Shown one piece after another: positions 53,281 to 64,000 of a stretch of DNA of 64,000 nt. A model generated the notes under the pieces. It was given only the letters and a program-made list of their open reading frames with translations, was not told the origin of the DNA and did not search any database. The stretch comes from Lama guanicoe (lineage: Eukaryota), in assembly GCA_013239625.1 (NCBI GenBank), contig MU054323.1:8669220-8733219 (forward strand), given 5' to 3'. The stretch's first letter is position 1, and every line of letters starts with the position of its first letter. The translations under genes were made by a program, and so were the position numbers.

Positions 53281-54313
53281 AAAGTTGTCACCAAGCAGGA
53301 CTCAAGGGGAAGCTAGAAATGGTGAGTTTGCGGTAGAGTTGGGGAGGCAACATCCAGGGCAGGGTCTCAGCACGTCACCCACCCTGGAGGGCCCTAGAAA
53401 TATCAATTACTTCCTCCTTGACAGGTACCTAACTAGTCACCACCAAATGGTGCTGCAGATTTGCCCTGGGGAGTCAGCCTATAAAGCACTGGCTTGTTGG
53501 CCCATGGGTGGGAGCCTAGGGACTAAAGGACACTTTATGGGCTTTGTATTGACCCCACATCCATTCCTTCAATGTCTTTTCATTCTTTCCATTCCTTCGC
53601 CAGCAGTCATTACTGAGAGTCACCTAAGTGCCAGGCTGTGAGCTGGTCACCGGGGAGACAAACATGAGGGAAACGGTGCCTTCCCTCAAGGGCCATGTGA
53701 TCTGCAGGGCAACCTCACCCCCTCGCTATGCCTCCCAGAAGTCCTGTGTGACCGGGTCTGGTGCAGCAGGTGGGCGGATGGCAGGGAGCCAGGAGGTGAT
53801 GTCTGGGCAGACTCCATGGTCAGGGAAGAGCAAGTTTGCTATTACAACATCTGAAACCTGCTTATTTTGGTAAGCTTTAGCTGTCTTTTATTTCCTTGGT
53901 TTGGTTCCCTTTTGATTCTCCCTAGGCCTTTGGCAACAGTCCTTTTTAAATTTATAGCCTATCTCAGTTGAGCCAAAGGGAACAAGAGAATGAAATCAGA
54001 TGTTCAGGCTGTTCGGGTCAGAAAGAAATTTAGGCAGTAAATCCTGGGACCAGGTGCCATGAGCACAGCACCAAACATAGATGAAAACTCAGAAGGGGGG
54101 CACCTGGAGACCCACCTACTCAAAGCTTTCCTGTTCTATTCCGGGAAGATTTTGTTTTCTTTTAAGAATGGAAACTGTTCTGTACAAGGAGGCTGCAGCC
54201 TTCCCTAGGAGATAGCTCTAGGCTAGGACAGGGGAGGCTGACCTTGGCTGCACTTTCTTCCTCTCCAATTGTGAGGCATCCACTTAGGAATTGACCATAA
54301 AGTCTTCCAGAGG

Positions 54314-54800
54314 TGTTATAGGGAAGAACAAATCTGACTCCATATTGGTTCTGTTTCTTTTACTTTAACCTTTATATTCTATTGCTTTTGCTACAAGTTA
54401 AGAATGTTGCCTATAGCCTGAAATATACAGGATAGCCCATTCTCAAGGCTCTAACCTTTAAAGAAATTAAGACTTTTCCATTCATATAGAGACAAAAAGG
54501 TACAGAACAGAGAATAACATTTGTCTTGTTGGAGGTTTACAGGAACATTGTGACCAGACCTGAAAGAACAAAGGACTGTGGCACCAGGAGGTTTGCAACA
54601 ACCAACCACAACCCCCTCCCCTGTTAGTATAAAAGAAATCTGGATCTAACTCCAGTAAGATGGTTGTTTGGAACCCGAGTCCACCATCTTCTCGATCTGC
54701 CAGCTTTCTGAATAAAATTACTATTCCTTGCCCCAACAACTTGTCTCTCAACTTATTGTCTTGTTGTGTCTCAAACAGAGCAAGCTTGGACTCGGTAACA
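54314..54800 (+). mobile_element. Solo ERV1 LTR, MER41-like, 487 bp
   Basis: Termini TGTTA...TAACA, flanks gagg/gaga (4-bp TSD with one mismatch), TATA-like gtataaaa at ~54627 and AATAAA at 54711-54716. The 5' end aaatctgactccatattgg resembles artiodactyl MER41 LTRs (from memory). Confidence 0.8.
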
Positions 54801-55656
54801 GAGAGGGTGGGAGTTCTGGTGCAGGAGAGGCAGAAATAGCTCATGACTGGGATGAGCTGTGCCCTTCCCATGGTGGCCACAACGGCCTCTAGACTGGTGG
54901 CCAGCACAGAGGGTCATCCTAGACACAAGGAGACCTGTCCTCTGAATGAGTTTCACCCAGGCCAGGTAGGGGTTACTTCCTGGGGCTTCAGAATGCTGTA
55001 GCCAGTGAGCAGATGAGGGAGGCTGGGTCAGAAGGAGGGTGGGGAGTGGGGCTGCAGCAGAGGGACATAGGCTCTGGCAACCCTGGGCTCGCTGCCTCAC
55101 CATGCTCCCCACCCACTTTCTCTGGCCAGTCCTGGCAACAGGGCCCACTTTGTGGGACCATTTGTGATCACAGCTGCATGTACAGCCTCAGGTTCTGTCC
55201 CACAGATGCCTGTAAACTGCCCAGCGCCCTTGGGAAGGTGTTGACCAGGTGCTGCTGAGACGGCCCAGGGGCTCAGAGCGGGGCAGGGAGGCCCAGGGAG
55301 CTCCCAGAGCTGGGGAGAAGGAGTCCTTCAAGCATAAAGGAAACTCCCTAGATGCAGTTCTCCACAGAGTGGGGGAATCTGTCAAGAAGAGGGACAGAGG
55401 TCTTCCCAGCCTGACTTAGGTCCTGAGAGTCTCCCACAGCCTTTCTGGCTGTCTGGGCTGCAAGCACAGCGGCGGCCTCAGGAGGTCACTGCTCCACCTC
55501 TGACGGCGTGGCTCAAGGCAGTCAGGTTGGGCCTACAGCTCACAGAAGTCGCCGAAGGAGTGGTGGCAGCATCGCTGGAGGGGGGAGGACACTGCCTTAT
55601 CATTCTGAACTTGCTCTTGACCCCAGACAGGCTGATCCCCTCATCCACTGGGTCCT

Positions 55657-55692
55657 CAGCCCTCACAGCCCTCACAGCCCTCACAGCCCTCA
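55657..55692 (+). repeat. 9-bp tandem repeat (CAGCCCTCA)x4
   Basis: Four perfect copies, directly visible. Confidence 0.9.
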
Positions 55693-56384
55693 CAGGAAGG
55701 TGCGGGCTCCGTCCCTGGCCAGCCGGCCAGGCAGGCCCCTAGGTGAGCAGCTCTGTGAGGGGGGCAGGGCCTGCCCAGCTGCCCTATTCCCTCCCCACTT
55801 CTCCCTTCCCCCACTCCCCGCCCTGTGTCTGCAGCACGAGGCCCCTCCAATCTACAGCCTCCTCTGCTGGCTTTTCCATCCGGCTCCTCAATTTCTCTCA
55901 AACACTCCTACAGCTGCACTCTGAGCCCTTCCTCCTGTCCACCTCATCCTCCTCTGGCTCTCCCTTTTCTCTGGGCGATCCTCTCCTGGTTAACCAGCTG
56001 TGTGAAGAGCTGCCAGGGCTGGGCTGATGGATGGGTCCTTCCCCTGCTCTGCTCTTCCTCAGGCCTCCCCTTTGTCACCCCTCTCCCCGCCCACTTCCCT
56101 GCCCTTTCTCCTCACCTCTCCCTCCACCACTTATTTTATCATCAAGGAAGGACACCAGGAGGAAAGGGGCTTCTGGATAAGCAAGGGGAGAGGTGGGCTG
56201 GGGAGATAACAGAGCTGTGCAGGCAGCTCATGCAGATAAGGATTTCCTGGACTCCCTCGGGAGTGCCCCGTGAATGGAGGAGAATGCTCCTGATTCTTCT
56301 GTCCTTCCCTGTCCCTGACAGAGCAAGGCCTGGAGTCGGGTGGAAAAGCGGGGTGGGGAGGCAAAGGGCTGGGGACTTAGTGCA

Positions 56385-56530
56385 GCCAGAACTGAGTTTG
56401 AATCTCAACTCTGACAGTTACTAGCTGCATGATCTTGGGCAGGTAAACCTCAGTTTCTCCATCTGTAAAGCGCAGACAATACTATCTGCCTCACAGCGCC
56501 GGGCACCAAGTATAAGCTCAATAAATGTCG
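56385..56530 (+). mobile_element. MIR SINE fragment
   Basis: ctgagtttgaatc...gatcttgggcagg...cctcagtttctccatctgtaaa MIR core. Similar MIR remnants lie near 9720-9890, 34670-34810 and 61365-61575. Confidence 0.7.
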
Positions 56531-58515
56531 GCTCCGGCCCTGCTGTCAGGGTGCTGGACAACCCTGTTTCCCTGAACTCTCTTCCCCCACATCCTAGATT
56601 CCACCCAAAATGTAACCCTTCCCTACGTGCCCTCTCTACACCAGGCACATTCACACCCACAATATCATGTAGCCCCACTTTCTATAATAGAAAAGCTGGG
56701 ACGCAGAGAGAGTACCAAGGACCAGAGCATTAGTAGAAGAACCAACACAGAACCAAGGAGCCTGAGCACAGAGCCCCAGGATCAGGGAGCCACTGGCTGC
56801 AAGTTGCTGGGAAGGAGGTGAGACAAGGTTTGCTGAGAAACTCAACTGGGCAAGAGCTTCCGAGGGGCCTGAGTGGGAGTGAGAGCCCAGGCTCTGCACC
56901 TGCCCCTGTCATTTGCTGGGTGACCTTGGGGGAAGTCCTTTTCCCTCTCTGAGCCTCAGCATCCTCATCCTCATCTTTCAGGGAAGGGGGCAGAGAGGGA
57001 CAGCATGCTTTGTGAGATCTCTTTTTGCCCTGAACATTCTGTTCCCTCCGATGCTGCAGAGGGAGCCAGCATACAGGGCAGGGCTGCAGCTTAAGGCCAT
57101 TCATGGGGTGAAAATCTAGTCTTCACTTCCCGACTCTCCATTTCCTCACTCTTCCCCACCCCCATCCTGCCACTTGGGGCCTGTAATCAATGAGTCGTAA
57201 AATGAGAAAGTATCGGGAACTAGCAAAGCATGGAGAGCAGCTGGGGCAGCCTTGGCGCTGCGTGTGACGGACTGCTAGCCCTGCGCCTGGGCCAGCCTCT
57301 CACGCCCGACTCAGGCCAGCAGGCCAGCAGTGATGCACCCAGCCTGGGCCAGCTGGAGATCAGAATGGGGAGGCCTATTTTCAACGAGTCCAAAAGCCTC
57401 ACCTTAAAACAAGTAATGAAATCTATGGGTATTGACCAGGAAGGATGCATCCGGGATGTACGGCTGTACCATAAAAGCAGGTTACATGATCTCGGATATA
57501 AAGTGATCTCTTTGTTATTATGTAGAAGTGTTTGTGCACACAGGAAAATACGGGCTGAGAGACTCCAAACTGTGAATAGCAGTTATCTCTAGGAATAAAA
57601 TCTTTTAGAGGGGAAACATTCACTTTCTATTTTATATACTTTCCTCTGATAGGCTCTTAAAGCAAGATTTTATAATTTAAAAAAACGAAGATAATTTAAT
57701 AATAAAGATATTTCCCACTGTGGTGGGAGAAGCCTTGCAGAAACATGCATGGGCTAATAAAAACACTCCATGTCTTTGCTTCAGGCTGGAATTATATCAA
57801 CCTAGGGTAGGAAGGCCAGTGGACTCCTGCTAATCCAGAGCACTAGATCCAAAATAAAGCACAAAGAGTTTGATTTTTTTTTCCAAAGAGCAGATGAGAA
57901 ATCCCTTTATGAGACTGGTGTGTAAGGTCAAATCTGTCAAAAGATACAATTCTTAAGGCAAAGGGGGGAGTAACTGTAAAAAGAGGACCTTGGTGTCCAC
58001 AGCCTAATCCTGGACTTGCAGTTGGATGTTGTGAGCCAGGGTTGGGGCAGTCAGGATTGAGGGCCACTCCCCCCGGTGCCTCACAAAGCTTGAGAACAAA
58101 GCCAAATAAGCACTGTGGTCCAATCACTCTCCCCCGAAGGGGGAGCTTCCGTCCAACCAGCCCACGGCCACTCTGGCCTGCAGGAGCCTTTTGGAATGAC
58201 TCTCCAGGATCCCTTGGCTCCCTGCCATCCAGCTTTCTCTGGCAACCAAACCCAGAACACATGGGCATCTCCCTGAGCCAAGAACCCAAGTTCAAGCACA
58301 CTGTGAAATAGTGGAAGGTAGTAAAGGGACTGGAGGTTTTCAACTACATCAGGATGGATATTTGAGGGAGGAGAGGATGGAGGGACTGGGAATGGGGTAG
58401 GAGAGTCATGGAAAGTCATTCTGGCTGAGGAATTCCAACACTTCGCAGATGACCAACTCTATTTCCCCCTCCTAAGCAGTCAGCACAGAGGCTGAAAGAT
58501 GCATTTAGACACAAG

Positions 58516-58521
58516 TTTATT
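58516..58521 (-). terminator. Putative polyadenylation signal AATAAA of SLC30A3
   Basis: tttatt on + strand about 650 nt beyond the stop codon. Confidence 0.65.
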
Positions 58522-59169
58522 GGCAGAGCTACGGCGGAGTCCTCCCTTTCTCAGGGAGAGCTGAGGACACAGCACCAACAGAGGGATGGACAGACAGACC
58601 CTCAGACGGACACATGGATGGTGCAGACTCATAGAGACCACAGCACAGCCATAGAGGCACAGAGACACACAGGCCACAGCACCAAGAAATGCACATACAC
58701 AGGCACAGACACAAAACCACAGGGCTAGAACACATGGACAAAGTGCGGGCTTTGGGGCTCCTGCATAGACAGAGCGAGGGCCACACGGGGAGGGGGCCCC
58801 TGCTGACCTCCCCCAGGCACAGGCACACCAACAGCACACAGACAGGCAGATGCCCCCAGCCAGCCAGCCACAGAGACAAATGAACTGCCTGGAAAGAAGG
58901 CTGGGGGCTCCCCAGACCGTGGGGAGTGGGGACCACAGGACTTCTACACATCCCCACTGCACTGATTTCCCTGTTTGGCCTGACTCCGGCCCCACTCCCC
59001 ACACACACTTTGGTCTTGCCCACTGGGGCTGAGGGGTTGACAGGTGGAAGCGAGGAGAGAGGAAGGGGCATGGGCCCAACTCCATTACTTGTCCATGAGC
59101 AGGGAGGCAGGTGCTGAGAGTCCAGGGCTGAGTCTGGGCCTGGCACTGGAGTGGGGATGGGGCTGGGCC

Positions 59170-62100
59170 TCAGGCTTGGGGAGGCTCCCGGCAGCGCAGG
59201 CACTGGGCCATCTCGGGCTGGTACTGCTCGACCTGCAGGGTACAGCTGGAGAATCCAAACCGGGAGTGGAGCCGGGATGTGGCTTCAGCCAGGACAGCTT
59301 CAGGGTCAGCCGTGGAGTCTGCGGGGGAGTGATAAGAAGAAGCAGGTTCCCAGGGGAGTCGGGAAGCAGGCGGGGTCCAGATAAGGACGAGTGAAGGGGG
59401 ACCCAGGGGTTTGCAGGGCATGAAAGCCGGATTGAACGAAGAGCTTTATTTTCTTTCTGTATTATATGAACAGTATATAACGGTCCAAGAAAAGGTTGAA
59501 GAGACTCAGCCCTAATCAGGCTAACACACTAAACTGTTCTTATTTTTCTATTCTCTTCTGCTCTTTGAGTATCAATACACAGCTGTGTGTTTCAGCAGCC
59601 ATACCCCTGATTTTCCAGGACAATCCAGATGTTAAATATTCTGTCCCATTGTCCCTCTAGAGTTATCATCAAATATTCTACAAAGCATAATATTTTTGGC
59701 ATCCAAATTGCATGTCTCTGATTGCTTCTTGCATCTGGAAGAAACTCAAAAATCCTTTGTCAGCTTGTGAGTCACCATATATATTTTAAATAGTTGAATC
59801 ATAATGTAGCTATAATTTTATATTCAGCTTTTTTCTCTTAGCATTATACCATAAACATTTTTCCTAGTTGCCATACAGTCTTCATAATCATCATTTTTAA
59901 TAGTTACAAGATGCTGCACCAAGTGGAGGAGCCATAATTTGCCTAATTTTGCCCCATCACCAGACCTGTAGGTACTAGTGACGTTTTAGAGGGTTGCTGG
60001 TTCCCTGCGCCCCTTCAGAGAGGGTGAAACCTCTCCCAGAATACCCTGTCCAGGGCTCCTTGCCTCCAACATGCATGAGAGAGAGAGATACAAGAGACAG
60101 AGACAGAGATTAAGAAAGGTGGAGAGATGAAAACAATCCCAGTAATTCAGACCATGTTACTATGTTTGAAGGGGGGAAGGGGAAGGGAAAAATGTTCCTA
60201 GGAAATCACTGGCTGGGGCCAGTGCAGACTCACCAATGGCCAGGTGTGCGGAGGCAACGTGATAAGTAAGCGTAAGGGACCACAGGTGCAGCTCATGGGT
60301 TGCCCGGACTCCTGGCACTGACAACAGGGAATCCCGCACGGACTCAAACCCCACACTTCGGGGGGTACCTGCAAGCAGCACCGCCACGACTTACTGCAAG
60401 GGCCACTCCTGCCCGGAGGCCAGGACCCCACCTGCCCCATCCTATACCGCTCTCGCTATTGATGCCCCCATCCCTGAATCCTCCTTCCAGCAACAAGCCT
60501 TCTTCTCACACTCTCTTCAGAGAAAAGAGGGGTGCCTACTGCTGGAGTGAGGTCAGAGAGGGCCCCGGGGGTGGGGAGAAGTGGTATCTGATTCACCTTC
60601 CATGAGGACACGGAGAACATCTCGGAGGGTGGGAGCCGTGGATCCAAGGGCACAGATGGAGAAAAGGAAGGTGCTGATGGGGTCAGCTGCCTTGTATTGA
60701 GGCTGTAGAGAAAGAAAGCCCTAAGCCTGGGAATCGGGGACTTTCAGAGGAAGGTCTAGGGGCATCCTGGACAAACAGGCCCTGAGAGGCCCCTGAGGAC
60801 CCTGCTTGGGAATGGTAAAGGGACCATAACCCTGGGCCAGGAGTCCTGGGGAGCAGGAAGCTGGAGTGGGAGGAGGAAGGCTGGGGGTCCGGGAAAGGAG
60901 GGCCAGGGTGTAGAGTTGGGGGAGAAAGGCTGGGGTAGGCTTGCACAGACGGTACCTTGAAGTAGATGAGGACGGAGGCAGCCAGCACCCCAAGGCTCTG
61001 CAGGAGGTCCCCCAGCACATGCACAAAGGCTGCCCGGACGCTGGTGTTCCCCAGGGGCAGAGTCTCCCCGGGCCCTTCCTCCAGCGGCGCATACTCTGCC
61101 CCTCTAGACCCGTGGCTGTGGGGGGGGCCAGCCTGGTGCAGCACAAAGGCCATTCTGAGGGGGAAGCAGAGCAGCTCAGCCCAGGCCGCCTGCTCACAGC
61201 CTCCTCTGCCTGTTTCCACGCCTCCTCCTCTGCCTGTTTCCACGCCTCCTCCTCTCACCTACCCAGGAGCCCTTTCTCCACCTATTTTCTCCCTATTTTC
61301 CCAGCCCTAGGAAAAAGCTAATACTGCCCAAGAGAGACAAATAGTGCAACACGGGGGCATGAATACTGGACTTGGTGCCAGAGATGTGAGTTCAGATCCT
61401 GGCCCTGCTGCTGAAATAGCTGTCTGCCCTGGGGAAGTCACCTGGTCACCTCTCAGGATCTATGTCATTAACTACGTACTAGGAGTGATAGTACCTACCT
61501 CGTGGAGTGGTTGCGAGTTTTAAATGAGACAATACTGATGACAGCCCCAGCACCATGGCCTTCAATAAAGTTCTGCTGACTCTGAATTTTAGGCCTCTAC
61601 CCCAGTCCCTTCTCAGGCACCCCTCAGGGCAGACAGATGAGAACTGTGTGTGCGTGCTGCAGGTGTGTCGGGAGGGGAGAGCCAGCTCTCCCACCCTGGA
61701 GGAGGACCCCTCGCCCTGAATCCCACATGGTGCCTGCTCCACACTGGAACGTACAGCAGATTGGCACAGACTGCGATGCTGGCGGTCAGCAGCATGGCAC
61801 CCCCCTCGATGTGGTAGTCGCTGTGCAGCAGGCGGATGAAGGCCAGGTACAGAAGGATGCCAGTGACCATCCAAAGGGAGACCACAGAGGCCAAAGCCCC
61901 CAAAGTCTCTGTAGGGGGAGACAAGCCATCAGAGACCTGCCCAGGACCCTGAGAGGCACCAAGACTGGAGGGTCATCAGGCCACTGGAAGATTGGAAGGG
62001 CCTTACCTGAGCGGTGCCAGCCAAAGGTCATGGTGCGGGTGGCCGGACGGGTAGAGAGCCAGAGAGAGAAGAGGCTGCCCATCATGCTGCCCACGTCTGC

Positions 62101-62775
62101 CAACAGGTGGGCGGCATCAGTCATGATGGCCAGGCTGTGGGCCAAATACCCACCTGCAAGGGCAAAGAGAGGTACACTCTGGTCCATTCAGCAAATATGC
62201 AGCGTGTGTAGAGGCTCGGAAAAGAGGTCGAGGGGACATATGCCAAAATGTGAACTACAACTTTTCTCCGGTAATGGAATTACATGGAGTTTCCATTGTC
62301 TTCTTTTCACTTATTCACATTTTCTAGTGTTTTTATAACATATTTTCATAACAGGAAAGTAGGGTTGTTTAAAAGACCAGTTACTACTGAGAAGCCAGCC
62401 CTGGCCCCAGACCTTGCTCTGAATCCCACTGGTACTGTCCCCTCACCCTGAGTCCTGGGCACTCAGCTCCCCCATCCCAGCCACCCCCATCTTCTCTGCA
62501 CCTCTACCCAGGAACATCCCTGGGACTCTGGGTGGAAAGTGGCCTAGGCAGGAGTCTGGAGGATGAGGTTGGAGGAGCTGCTGTCCAACTTACCCACCAC
62601 CTCCCCGGCCATGAAGATGCAGCACACAGCACAGGCGGCACACAGCTGCCTCTGCGCCTGCAGCCTCTCAGGGGTGAGACCCGGCTGTGGCTGGGGGTCC
62701 CTGTGGCAGTGGTGGAAGGACATCTCCACAGGTTTGGGCTCTTCAGGGAGGGCCTCTGAGGGCTCTGTGAAGAGA
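59170..62775 (-). CDS. SLC30A3: Zinc transporter ZnT3 (CDF family), coding exons 2-8; first coding exon lies beyond the window
   Basis: Exons in transcript order: 62775-62594, 62153-62007, 61908-61755, 61154-60956, 60702-60597, 60368-60234, 59318-59170, all GT-AG bounded and mutually in frame. CDF zinc-site motifs DAAHLLAD and [10 protein letters not shown]-terminal HHCH, and C-terminus [23 protein letters not shown]. Confidence 0.96.
61201..61254 (+). repeat. 24-bp tandem duplication (CTCCTCTGCCTGTTTCCACGCCTC)x2.25 in SLC30A3 intron
   Basis: Two perfect copies plus a partial copy, directly visible. Confidence 0.9.
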
Positions 62776-64000
62776 CTGAAGCAGGCAACACATTTGAACC
62801 TGGGGCCTGGTTCACAGGCAAACCTGCTCCTCACTCCCAGGTCCTGGGTCCCCCAGACTGGCTTCATCCTATGTCCCACCTCTTGCTCCCTCCCCAGGCC
62901 TGATCAAACCCAGGAGCTATGTTGACAGAGGGCCACATGAGAGAGAGGGGCTAAATGGACAGCTCAGATCCCAGCCCTCCTTTTCCTTTCATATACAGAG
63001 CCATAGAATTTCACAGAACCCGTGGAAATCACCTTAGTCTACCGCTTATTAAAGAATTAGAAGTATAAGGCTCAGAGAGGGAGAGGACCTATAGAGGCCA
63101 CACAGCTAGTTAGTGGTCGAACTGAGGTTAGACTCCAGCCAAATGAATTCATGATAGGCATCACAGGAATACAAAATGAGCAGGATACCCTTTCTGATCT
63201 CTTGGAGCCTTTGGTGAATAAGACAAACGTGAACCTAAATACCATGGGATGTAGCAGAAGTTAGCTATTGCCTGAGAGCAGTTAAAACAAAGTGCTACCA
63301 GGGCTCAGATAGAAGAATAATGCTGCCTCTAATGAGGAAATCAAGAAAACAACTGAAGGAGGCACCTGAGAAGGGCCTGGAAGGATGGGAAGGATTTTGA
63401 TAAAGGGGAGGTACACATGCCAGGCGAAGGCACTATGAAGGGGAGGTGGTGTGAAAGTGTGGGGTGGGGCTCAGCACGTGGTCCTAACCTCAGTGCCCCC
63501 TCCCAGACCTATCTCCAAGTGCCTTCATTCACAGGTCCTTCGCATTCCCTCTCTAGACATGCAGCTGAATGTGGCCCTTTAAGAGAAGAGTAGAATGTTG
63601 AGACCCCAAAAGTCTGAATTTCCTGGCACAGAGAACTAGTGTCCAGATTCCAATGCTGGGTTGTCATGGGGAGGAGAGAATGCAGACTGCTGTGGCTGGG
63701 GATGGTAGCAATAGGAGCACCAGATTTGGAGTCTGCCATGTGTTAGCTGGACCTTAGTCTGACCATAAGCACCCAGCAGAAGCCACCTTAACTGCAATAA
63801 CATAAAACTACCTTGACAAATGAACAGGGTTAGGGGCCTCACCTGGGGATGCTAGAGGGTAAGCTCAGGCTGGCTGAGTTTTAGGTCCATTATGGCCTAA
63901 TTCTCACCCCTACTACTGCCCAACCTGAACCCCAGCAAGAACAGAATCTTCTACAGCATAAAGGACCTAAATAGAAAAGTACAGTCCTAGAAATACTCAC

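Noticed and set aside
55400..56424. Cluster of ORFs in the CAD-SLC30A3 spacer, including MRAVRAVRAV...
   Set aside because: Driven by a 9-bp tandem repeat and purine/pyrimidine-skewed sequence. I found no recognisable homology or consistent splice structure, but a decayed gene cannot be fully excluded without a search.
58480..59203. 201-aa and 224-aa Cys/Val-rich ORFs
   Set aside because: Artefact of the TG-rich SLC30A3 3'UTR.

Overview
Mammalian genomic DNA, most likely a camelid, since two tRNA-Ala-derived SINEs resemble the camelid Vic-1 family. The window holds the conserved gene block SLC5A6 (-), ATRAID (+), CAD (+) and SLC30A3 (-). I reconstructed exons by hand from GT/AG sites and reading frame. 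SLC5A6 has 15 coding exons (638 aa), ATRAID 7 exons (229 aa) and CAD 44 exons (2224 aa). SLC30A3 shows coding exons 2-8, with exon 1 beyond the right edge. All four appear intact. SLC5A6 and ATRAID share a CpG-island bidirectional promoter, and the ATRAID polyA signal abuts the GC-box/E-box CAD promoter. The first ~10 kb and the CAD-SLC30A3 spacer are mostly transposon debris: a decayed class-I ERV with an env relic, L1 fragments, MLT/MER elements and a MER41-like solo LTR. I found no novel multi-gene system. The best oddities are (1) a 73-bp copy of an SLC5A6 exon inside an upstream intron, flanked by an inverted repeat, (2) a candidate in-frame 51-nt cassette exon in the regulatory DHOase-ATCase linker of CAD, and (3) a Tyr357->His change in ZnT3. 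Repeat-family names and human comparisons come from memory and need database confirmation.
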